From NCBI GenBank assembly GCA_016432365.1, contig CP066686.1, positions 1,002,918 through 1,066,917 of the forward strand: a stretch of DNA of 64,000 nucleotides. The letters run 5' to 3'. The DNA comes from Candidatus Woesebacteria bacterium (GTDB taxonomy: Bacteria; Patescibacteriota; Microgenomatia; UBA8517). How positions within the stretch are numbered: position 1 is the first letter of the stretch; every line of letters begins with the position of its first letter. This document shows positions 57,992 to 64,000 of the stretch, in pieces. The notes beneath the pieces were generated by a model. That model did no database searches. It was given only the letters and a program-made list of their open reading frames with translations, and was not told where the DNA came from. The translations under genes were made by a program, and so were the position numbers.

Positions 57992-58222
57992 CTAATCCAA
58001 AACCAGGTTTTTTTGGATTTTGACCACTTTCTTTTCCAAATCTTCAAATTCTTCAACGGTTGGTGCATCATCTTCAAGTCTCGCTATCTGAAGCCCCAAT
58101 TTGTCAATTCTTTTATCGACTTCGTCAAACCTTAGGCCTACACTCTTAAAACCCTCCCTCAGTTCCTTTTTAATTGAGGTTTGGCCATCTAAAAGCAGTT
58201 GGAGCATTTTTGCATCACTCAT
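57992..58222 (-). CDS. Small coiled-coil hypothetical protein
   Basis: 76 aa. Confidence 0.35.
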   Translation of the reverse strand: MSDAKMLQLLLDGQTSIKKELREGFKSVGLRFDEVDKRIDKLGLQIARLEDDAPTVEEFEDLEKKVVKIQKNLVLD

Positions 58223-58261
58223 ATTTCCATTATTGCATTACAACTTTTAAAGTCAAGCCAA

Positions 58262-58304
58262 CAAAAAAGGCGGGGCCTAATCAAAATGATTTTGGCGCCC
58301 GCCT
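58262..58304 (-). terminator. Conserved intrinsic terminator T1 (family of four)
   Basis: Minus strand reads GGCGGGCGCCAAAATCATTTTGATTAGGCCCCGCC followed by T7-8, directly after the stop of 58343..58864. Confidence 0.6.
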
Positions 58305-58342
58305 GGTTTACTTTAAAACTTTCTTTTTCCTGCAAGACCTTG

Positions 58343-58864
58343 CTACTCATTACAGTCCGGTACTTTAAACCGTGTCTCAAATCCAACTGTTGAATCCGGA
58401 CTCATTAGGGCGCGAAGTGTGTAAACACCCTCGGAAAAGTCCTCAGGAATGCCTGTGATAGCATCTGTCATTCCACCCTTAAGGACAAAGTTGTCCGCTG
58501 TGTCTTTGATGTACGCCAGAAAAGTGACGAACCCATGGGAAGACTCCACCACTAAATAGTAATTTCTCAATTCCGGCGGAAGATTTGTAATTATAACCAG
58601 CGCGATCTGCTGATATGGGTTTACACTGGAATACACACAGGACACCGTAATTTGTGGGCTGGCGACCCGATCAGAGTTTTGAGTAACTGCGGCTTCTGTG
58701 GAATTTCCATTGACAATAACTACGTCATACTCCACATAGGCGGATTCGCTTACAACTTCTTGTCGTGTTGTCTGCCCACCTGCAAACAGGACTATCAAGA
58801 TGGCAGCTAAAAATAACACCGTCAAGATTAACAGTCTATTTAAAATGCTAGAGTTCATGTTCAC
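58343..58864 (-). CDS. Small N-terminally anchored extracytoplasmic protein (array unit A, gene 4)
   Basis: TM LLILTVLFLAAILIVLFAG. Preceded by hairpin/Shine-Dalgarno element H1 and followed by T1. Confidence 0.5.
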   Translation of the reverse strand: MNMNSSILNRLLILTVLFLAAILIVLFAGGQTTRQEVVSESAYVEYDVVIVNGNSTEAAVTQNSDRVASPQITVSCVYSSVNPYQQIALVIITNLPPELRNYYLVVESSHGFVTFLAYIKDTADNFVLKGGMTDAITGIPEDFSEGVYTLRALMSPDSTVGFETRFKVPDCNE

Positions 58865-58942
58865 TCCTTCCGAGAAATTTGATTAGGAGCAGAATCCTTG
58901 CTTGGTAACTTACCAGCAGTCAAGGCCTTGCTCCTGAAAGTG
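58865..58942 (-). repeat. Intercistronic hairpin plus Shine-Dalgarno element H1
   Basis: Fills the whole gap from the stop of 58943..59482 to the next ATG. Terminal inverted repeat GGAGCA..TGCTCC encloses CAAGGCCTTG and TTGGTAAxTTACCAA palindromes. GGAAGGAG lies 7 nt before the ATG. Confidence 0.55.
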
Positions 58943-59482
58943 TTATTGGTACACACACCCCTCAGGCGTTACAGAACTATAGAACTCGTAGATATACACC
59001 GGGCCCACAATTGATGGCAATGCGCTCATCCCGTATGCGAAAAGGCAAAACTTCGCGTTCTGTGGTGCCAGGCGGACCCAAATTTTATCGGGTTTAAGGC
59101 CTGCCGGCGGCTCATAGGCTGTCAGTAAATCTCCGTCTGCGTTGAGGAAATAGATCGTCGAATCTTCAGACGCTCTATACCAATTCGAGTCCGAACGTTG
59201 GTGACTCGTCTGATAACTCACGATCTTTCCGTTGTGGAATTGCAATTCAACATAGACAAAAACCGGCAGATCGTACTCAGCCCCCAATTCGACCAAGGCT
59301 TCGTCTTCGGTCAAGATAAACGCTGCCTCAGGAGGTAATTGTGCCAAGGCACCTTGCCACCTGGCTATCATTTCGAGGTCTTTGATCTGATCAGAGCGGA
59401 CGCTCAAATCAGCAAGAACCAAAATGACCGACAAAAACAATGTTCCAATTGCGATCTTAGTGATAGATACGCCTTTGTTCAT
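58943..59482 (-). CDS. Small N-terminally anchored extracytoplasmic protein, paralog of 61210..61752
   Basis: TM IAIGTLFLSVILVLADL. Similar length and motifs (W..L.Q.P, YL.P) to the unit B first gene. Confidence 0.5.
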   Translation of the reverse strand: MNKGVSITKIAIGTLFLSVILVLADLSVRSDQIKDLEMIARWQGALAQLPPEAAFILTEDEALVELGAEYDLPVFVYVELQFHNGKIVSYQTSHQRSDSNWYRASEDSTIYFLNADGDLLTAYEPPAGLKPDKIWVRLAPQNAKFCLFAYGMSALPSIVGPVYIYEFYSSVTPEGCVYQ

Positions 59483-59573
59483 TTTTCCTCCAGAAAAATT
59501 TAAATATTAGGAGCAGAATCCTTGCTTGGTAACTTACCAACAGTCAAGGCCTTGCCCCTTTGAGTTTATTCGA
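59483..59573 (-). repeat. Intercistronic hairpin plus Shine-Dalgarno element H2 (TTTAAATATTAGGAGCAG variant)
   Basis: Same core TTAGGAGCAGAATCCTTGCTTGGTAACTTACCAACAGTCAAGGCCTTGCCCC. Confidence 0.55.
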
Positions 59574-59795
59574 TCACAACTGCCTCAAAATCTCGGCTAC
59601 TTTGTCATTCAAATCAGGTATTTCCAGAGAACTTGCGCTTTCCAACTTTTTATACAGACTTTTTAGTCTGGATACCAAATACAGTCTGTGCAAGATCAGA
59701 AAGATTATAAAACCACCCACTAAAAGAACCGTGGCCAAAAATGGGGTTGCCATTACTTCCCCAAAATCCGGACGATCCAAGAGATGTGCAAACAT
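59574..59795 (-). CDS. Tiny single-pass membrane protein (73 aa)
   Basis: TM FLATVLLVGGFIIFLIL. GGAAGGAGG Shine-Dalgarno sequence upstream. Plus-strand ORF 59560..59883 rejected. Confidence 0.4.
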   Translation of the reverse strand: MFAHLLDRPDFGEVMATPFLATVLLVGGFIIFLILHRLYLVSRLKSLYKKLESASSLEIPDLNDKVAEILRQL

Positions 59796-59871
59796 GAAAG
59801 CCTCCTTCCAATATCACGAACTTCCCGACACGCCGAGCCTCTCGGAGTTGTTCTTGCAAGGCCTTGCCAGA
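59796..59871 (-). repeat. Divergent intercistronic hairpin element (variant)
   Basis: GGCAAGGCCTTGCAAG palindrome plus GGAAGGAGG, at the same relative position as H elements. Confidence 0.3.
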
Positions 59872-60309
59872 TTAAGGTTTTAGAACCTTTTTCAGAGCTT
59901 CGACTCCTGTGATATATTCTGGATTAATTACCAGATCCGGCAAAATCTTTGAAATTTCAACCAATCGTCGATAGCTTTGGAGATAAACTTTCAAATCAGC
60001 CATCATTTCTCCAACAGACATGCTCTCGACAGTAGCTTTGTCACTACTCTTAGCACGAATCGTTTCCATCCTTCGATTGATTTCGTCCCATTCGCGCTTA
60101 AGCCTGATTTCCCGATCTATGCCTATTTTGAAGGCAAGACGTATAAACAAAGCGCACAGGCCCAGCGCTGTTAAACCCAAACCTGCACAAAATATAGCAA
60201 TGCCAAAATGTTTGGTGGAAAGAAAATTTACAACGTTGACCAAACTACCAATTGCGGTCATGAGGGCGAAAAACGCAGCCCCTAACCAAATATAACCACT
60301 TGGTTTCAT
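59872..60309 (-). CDS. Small two-TM membrane protein (array unit A, gene 1)
   Basis: Two hydrophobic helices, then a charged coiled C-terminus. Confidence 0.45.
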   Translation of the reverse strand: MKPSGYIWLGAAFFALMTAIGSLVNVVNFLSTKHFGIAIFCAGLGLTALGLCALFIRLAFKIGIDREIRLKREWDEINRRMETIRAKSSDKATVESMSVGEMMADLKVYLQSYRRLVEISKILPDLVINPEYITGVEALKKVLKP

Positions 60310-60550
60310 TTTTTCTCCTTGAATTTATGGGGTATACAACAAACAGTCCCACATGGGACTGGAAAATAAAGAAAGTTTTAAACGTTAATGTACAGTCGGC
60401 AGGATACCACATTTGAAGCTAAAAGTCAAATACTATAGGGGCGCAGTCCCGCAGCGTATAAGTCTTTAAAATAGCATGCAGACCCCGTATTCACGCTATT
60501 TCGACGCAAACACGCAGTATTTGGGAACAAGTAAGTTCTATGCTGGGGCC
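60310..60550 (-). promoter_or_regulatory. Repeated promoter-leader module A: TTGACT-17-TATCCT plus conserved 5' UTR hairpin CAGTCCCATGTGGGACTG
   Basis: -35 at 60414-60419 and -10 at 60391-60396 (minus strand). About 200 bp homologous to 61753..62035 and 63469..63685. Confidence 0.5.
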
Positions 60551-60593
60551 AAAAAAAAGGCGGGGCCTAATCAAAATGATTTTGGCGCCCGCC
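60551..60593 (-). terminator. Conserved intrinsic terminator T2
   Basis: Same GGCGGGCGCC...GGCCCCGCC-T8 sequence as T1. Confidence 0.6.
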
Positions 60594-60597
60594 AGTA

Positions 60598-60819
60598 CTA
60601 ACCTAGAAACATAAAAACCAACATCAGGATGCCTGAAACAATCGCCACCACTATCATTGTGGGTATGAATACATTCAGCATCTTGTTTACTTTCGATCTC
60701 AGTTGTCGCAACGGTACGCCAGGCATTAAAAGCCTGTATACCAGTGGGGACATGGCAATTCCCAAAACCAGCACCAAGAGGCTGATCCAAAAGATCCAAG
60801 AAAAGATCGTAAGAGCCAT
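60598..60819 (-). CDS. Tiny two-TM membrane protein (73 aa)
   Basis: Hydrophobic throughout. H3 element immediately upstream. Confidence 0.45.
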   Translation of the reverse strand: MALTIFSWIFWISLLVLVLGIAMSPLVYRLLMPGVPLRQLRSKVNKMLNVFIPTMIVVAIVSGILMLVFMFLG

Positions 60820-60901
60820 TTTTTCTCCTTCCGAGAAATTTGATTAGAAGCAGAATCCTTGTGTGGTATGAAAACCATAGTCAAGGCCTTGCCCCATTGA
60901 G
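60820..60901 (-). repeat. Intercistronic hairpin plus Shine-Dalgarno element H3
   Basis: Conserved ends. Apical part changed to TGTGGTATGAAAACCATAG while still self-complementary. Confidence 0.55.
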
Positions 60902-61120
60902 CTACCAATCACGCCGAGCCTTATCGAGCTCTACTTTCAAGGCTGCTTTCAAGGTCGGATCTTGCTCGGCTTCGTATTTTTTTTGCAATTCGATCTTTTT
61001 GTCGGTCGCCTTTATTTGCCCCCGAATGAGACGGAACATGAAAGCGAAAAACAAAATGCCAAAAAAGATGATCGGGTACAGCGGATCACAAAAATCGATT
61101 GATTGTGGGGAAAAGTTCAT
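60902..61120 (-). CDS. Tiny single-pass membrane protein (72 aa) with K/E-rich tail
   Basis: TM IIFFGILFFAFMF. Family with 62813..63013 and 62140..62307. Confidence 0.45.
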   Translation of the reverse strand: MNFSPQSIDFCDPLYPIIFFGILFFAFMFRLIRGQIKATDKKIELQKKYEAEQDPTLKAALKVELDKARRDW

Positions 61121-61209
61121 TTTCTCTCCTTCCGAGAAATTTGATTAGGAGCAGAATCCTTGTGTGGTATGAAAACCATAGTCAAGGCCTTGCCCCATTG
61201 AATAGTCGT
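61121..61209 (-). repeat. Intercistronic hairpin plus Shine-Dalgarno element H4
   Basis: Near-identical to H3. Confidence 0.55.
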
Positions 61210-61752
61210 CTAGAAGTCACAACCGTAACTAAACGATTCCCCTTTTGTCCAAATCTGAACAAAAGTCAATCCGCTTTCAAGACTGTAAGTCTCGACTTTT
61301 ACCACATTACGATACTCACAGTTGGGTACATCGTCGGGACTGAGATAGACAAAAAGATCGTCTGGTCCACCCGACTCAAACTTGTATGACCCAAGAATGT
61401 TTCCATCTTCATCGGCATACCAAAGTCTGCCGGGGATTTTAGCGATGGGCCAAGCCTCTGCCTCAAGGGCGTAGTGGTGCATCGGACTTAGGACTGCGGT
61501 TCCATTGTCGACCACGATCACTTCGTCCGAGTCATTGATAGGGATTTTGTACTTCTGCCCCAACTCGATACTGTCGAGATTTCGAGTCAGAATCATACCC
61601 GAGCCGGTAGGAACTTGATTCAAAAAACTGTTCCACTTAGCCAACTTGTCTAGCTCATATTGCTTGTGCTCCAAGCGGATAAATCCCAAGGATGCAATAA
61701 ACAAAATTGCCGCGGCCAATATCAATGGTAGACTTCCGTTTCGATATTGCAT
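61210..61752 (-). CDS. Small N-terminally anchored extracytoplasmic protein (array unit B, gene 1); start moved to Met-19 of the track ORF
   Basis: The upstream 18 codons of ORF 61210..61806 overlap the conserved leader. GAGAGGAGAAAAC precedes MQYRNG. TM LILAAAILFIASLGF. Confidence 0.5.
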   Translation of the reverse strand: MQYRNGSLPLILAAAILFIASLGFIRLEHKQYELDKLAKWNSFLNQVPTGSGMILTRNLDSIELGQKYKIPINDSDEVIVVDNGTAVLSPMHHYALEAEAWPIAKIPGRLWYADEDGNILGSYKFESGGPDDLFVYLSPDDVPNCEYRNVVKVETYSLESGLTFVQIWTKGESFSYGCDF

Positions 61753-62035
61753 GTTTTCTCCTCTCGAGAATTTGAATAGATTTGATGGATACAACGACAG
61801 CCCCACATGGGACTGAATAAGAAAGTTTAAAGCGTTAAAGTACGAGTAAAATGCCCTTTTTTAGAGCCTGCCATGATACCACATCTGAAGCTAAAAGTCA
61901 AATACTATGGGTACCAGAGCTAAAGCTCATAAGTCTTTAAAATAGCATGCAGACCCCGTATTCACGCTCTTTCGATGCAAACACGTAGTATTTTGAGAGA
62001 AAGTAAGTGTAATACTGGGGTCAAGACTACAGGAC
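61753..62035 (-). promoter_or_regulatory. Repeated promoter-leader module B: TTGACT-17-TATCAT plus conserved leader hairpin
   Basis: -35 at 61896-61901 and -10 at 61873-61878 (minus strand). Leader contains CAGTCCCATGTGGGGCTG. Upstream about 90 bp are conserved across copies. Confidence 0.55.
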
Positions 62036-62061
62036 ATGTACCAGCCCCGGTACATGTTTCA
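62033..62061. promoter_or_regulatory. Palindrome GGACATGTACC-AGCCCC-GGTACATGTTTC (copy 2) just upstream of promoter module B
   Basis: Same 9-bp half-sites as 42128..42154. Confidence 0.35.
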
Positions 62062-62095
62062 CTCCACCGGCAGGTACAAGCTTCATTCTACCAAA

Positions 62096-62139
62096 AAAAA
62101 GGCGGGGCCTAATCAAAATGATTTTGGCGCCCGCCTGGT
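62096..62139 (-). terminator. Conserved intrinsic terminator T3
   Basis: Identical core to T1 and T2. Abuts the stop codon at 62140. Confidence 0.6.
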
Positions 62140-62307
62140 TTACTTTGAAACTTTCTTTGAATCTGGTTTGTATAACCTGTCCAGGTCAATATGGATTTTT
62201 TCCAGAGTGTCATTAATCACTCTCAACCATGAACATATCATACTGGCACCAACCACGATGCCAAAAAAAATGACCAAACCAGCGATGATTAGACCGACAA
62301 TCTCCAT
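62140..62307 (-). CDS. Tiny single-pass membrane protein (55 aa; below ORF-track cutoff)
   Basis: Minus-strand translation is MEIVGLIIAGLVIFFGIVVGASMICSWLRVINDTLEKIHIDLDRLYKPDSKKVSK. Preceded by H5 and followed by T3. Confidence 0.45.
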   Translation of the reverse strand: MEIVGLIIAGLVIFFGIVVGASMICSWLRVINDTLEKIHIDLDRLYKPDSKKVSK

Positions 62308-62410
62308 TCTTCCTCCTTCGGAAAGAATTTAAATATTAGGAGCAGAATCCTTGCTTGGTAACTTACCAACAGTCAAGGCCTTGCCCATATGAGTCCAGTT
62401 GACAGCCTGA
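62308..62410 (-). repeat. Intercistronic hairpin plus Shine-Dalgarno element H5
   Basis: TTTAAATATTAGGAGCAGAATCCTTGCTTGGTAACTTACCAACAGTCAAGGCCTTGCCC variant. Confidence 0.55.
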
Positions 62411-62734
62411 TCAATCCTGAATTTCGATGTATATCGGCCTGTCAAAATCAAATGGTTTCAACACCGTTTCGATACCAAACAAGGACAGTGTATCAAAAAG
62501 GACAACCTTGTACGGATCGCCTACTTCGATAACCGCAATCAGTTGATTGTTGTCATCTTTGATTGCGACCAGATATGAACCATCGTGACCTGGAATTGAA
62601 AGTGTGTGTCCGGTTTCGGCCACCTCGGCATGCCAATCGAAAGATTTCAGCAGCCTTCCGGCTTGTCTCAGGTAATCGACCAATATAAACCTTTTGGTCA
62701 GGCGACCTATACGTCGAACGTAGAATGTAGCCAT
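62411..62734 (-). CDS. Small soluble protein ending ...IYIEIQD, paralog of 63741..63983
   Basis: Shared VAETG/VAETD and C-terminal (F/Y)IEIQ motifs with the unit D gene. Confidence 0.45.
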   Translation of the reverse strand: MATFYVRRIGRLTKRFILVDYLRQAGRLLKSFDWHAEVAETGHTLSIPGHDGSYLVAIKDDNNQLIAVIEVGDPYKVVLFDTLSLFGIETVLKPFDFDRPIYIEIQD

Positions 62735-62812
62735 TTTTTCTCCTTCCGAGAAATTTGATTAGGAGCAGAATCCTTGCGCTCTAAAGCTTTCAAGGCCTGC
62801 TCCTAAAAAGGT
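62735..62812 (-). repeat. Intercistronic hairpin plus Shine-Dalgarno element H6
   Basis: Perfect terminal inverted repeat TTAGGAGCAG...CTGCTCCTAA. Middle replaced by a GCGCTCTAAAGCTTTCAAGG palindrome. Confidence 0.55.
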
Positions 62813-63013
62813 TTATGTTTTTGCACGAGCCTCATCAAGGCTTTTTTGAATATCTTTCCGCGCCGTCTCTCCAGCTTTCTCAAGCTGTGATTCCAACCGT
62901 GGAATCACAATGAATTTCAAATAAATTTGATAGCCGAAAACCGAAAAGACCAGGAGAGTTCCCAATACAGCCATGATCATAAAGACTGGGGCCATTGCTT
63001 CGTCAAATCCCAT
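62813..63013 (-). CDS. Tiny single-pass membrane protein (66 aa) with K/E-rich tail
   Basis: TM VFMIMAVLGTLLVFSVFGY. Confidence 0.45.
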   Translation of the reverse strand: MGFDEAMAPVFMIMAVLGTLLVFSVFGYQIYLKFIVIPRLESQLEKAGETARKDIQKSLDEARAKT

Positions 63014-63099
63014 TCTTCCTCCTTTGGAAAGAATTGAATGTTAGGAGCAGAGACCTTGCTTGGTTTAAACCAACAGTCAAGGCCTGCTCCTATGATTGT
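63014..63099 (-). repeat. Intercistronic hairpin plus Shine-Dalgarno element H7
   Basis: TAGGAGCAGAGACCTTGCTTGGTTTAAACCAACAGTCAAGGCCTGCTCCTA. Apex GGTTTAAACC keeps the palindrome. Confidence 0.55.
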
Positions 63100-63468
63100 C
63101 TATTTCATGATCTGCCCGTACGGAATGGGGTCAAACCAGTCGAGGCTGTAAAAACCCGTGTGACCATCCATGAACAACACCTTTGCGACATTTTCGTGAA
63201 TCGAAAGAATCACGACCGGTTCGCCCGGGGTGTAGACATACTCGCCCAGATATTCCTGCGTAGGATTCTGGGTTTCAGCCAAGGCTGAACTTACATACAC
63301 AGTTTGGCCAACCACGGGCTCAAAAATCGGTAGGTCAATACCAGACCCGACCTTGAAGCCGATGTTAAGGCTGACGATGCCAACGATGGTCATCACCAAC
63401 CCGGCGAAGACGAACATGACCAACTGATTGCGCAATTTAATGCCTGGATCTTCAAATTGAATTTCCAT
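63100..63468 (-). CDS. Small N-terminally anchored extracytoplasmic protein (array unit C, gene 1)
   Basis: TM LVMFVFAGLVMTIVGIVSL. Preceded by promoter-leader module C. Confidence 0.5.
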   Translation of the reverse strand: MEIQFEDPGIKLRNQLVMFVFAGLVMTIVGIVSLNIGFKVGSGIDLPIFEPVVGQTVYVSSALAETQNPTQEYLGEYVYTPGEPVVILSIHENVAKVLFMDGHTGFYSLDWFDPIPYGQIMK

Positions 63469-63685
63469 TACTTATTCTCCTTTGAATTTTGAATTTGATG
63501 GATACGGTAACAGCCCCACATGGGACTGATAAATAAAGAAAGTTTAAAGCGTTAAAGTACGAGTAAAATGCCCTTTTTTAGAGCCTGCCATAATACCACA
63601 TCTGAAGCTAAAAGTCAAGTTATAGGGTATCCCAGTTCCCCCAAATTGTTTCTTGGAGCCAAAAAATTGGCATATATTTTTTAAA
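63469..63685 (-). promoter_or_regulatory. Repeated promoter-leader module C: TTGACT-17-TATTAT plus conserved leader hairpin
   Basis: -35 at 63613-63618 and -10 at 63590-63595 (minus strand). Leader with CAGTCCCATGTGGGGCTG. Confidence 0.55.
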
Positions 63686-63734
63686 ATAAAAAAGGCAGGC
63701 ACCTAACCACAAAAATGTGATTTTGGCGCCCGCC
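63686..63734 (-). terminator. Conserved intrinsic terminator T4 (variant left arm GGCAGGCACC)
   Basis: Same loop CAAAAATGTGATTTTG-like palindrome and A/T run. Follows the stop of 63741..63983. Confidence 0.5.
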
Positions 63735-63740
63735 TAGTAC

Positions 63741-63983
63741 TTACTGAATCTCAATGAAAACCACCCTATTGGACAACAGTCCCTCGACCATATCCACAAT
63801 GAACCGGTGTGCCGATGTGTCAAACAACAAGATCTTGAATGGCTGATCCTCAGGGATAGCTGCAATCAACTTGCCCTCTTTTGTCTTGATTGTCAACGAC
63901 AACGGTCTATCCGTTTCGGCAACCCGAATGGAATCTCTGAATCCGTCTTTTTGGATCTCATAACCGGGAAACAGCCAGGTCAA
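63741..63983 (-). CDS. Small soluble protein ending ...VFIEIQ (array unit D)
   Basis: Paralog of 62411..62734. Confidence 0.45.
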   Translation of the reverse strand: MTWLFPGYEIQKDGFRDSIRVAETDRPLSLTIKTKEGKLIAAIPEDQPFKILLFDTSAHRFIVDMVEGLLSNRVVFIEIQ

Positions 63984-64000
63984 ACCGAAAATGTGCTCAA

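Noticed and set aside
58174-58393. ORFs 58174..58368 and 58199..58393 (also 62036..62332) encoding ...KKAGPNQNDFGARLVYF
   Set aside because: They are translations of the repeated terminator hairpin and T-run. The identical peptide at two loci simply reflects the repeated non-coding element.
57900-64000. CRISPR array or canonical integron
   Set aside because: Repeat units are 75-200 bp regulatory-type modules separated by 170-600-bp protein genes, not 25-40-bp repeats with spacers. No cas or intI gene is present. attC core sites GTTRRRY/RYYYAAC are not present at the element ends.

Overview
The window is a low-GC bacterial fragment dominated by membrane, secreted and surface proteins. Small proteins, a sortase, rRNA insertions and giant surface proteins suggest a small-genome, Gram-positive-like or candidate-phyla-radiation (CPR)-type lineage. 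Recognisable core genes are rho, radA, rpsA, tatC with four tatA paralogs, an M23/LysM peptidase, a Fic-family protein, a sortase with a substrate, tRNA-Ala(CGC) and a minus-strand tRNA-Ala(UGC)–23S–5S cluster. The 23S rRNA carries a ~470-bp intron-like insertion and an AT-rich expansion, and no 16S gene is adjacent. Two things stand out. First, a 2,271-aa giant surface protein whose cytoplasmic N-terminus, together with the upstream gene, forms two XerD-type integrase core-binding domains interrupted by a single in-frame TAG. Second, a 6-kb array (57.9–64.0 kb) of three tandem paralogous operons of small membrane/secreted proteins. Three families of conserved non-coding modules punctuate this array: a consensus sigma70 promoter with a structured leader, an intercistronic hairpin carrying a Shine-Dalgarno sequence, and a GC-hairpin terminator. 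Other observations include paralogous beta-helix proteins without signal peptides, repeated palindromic elements in divergent promoter regions, and a degenerate Fic active site.
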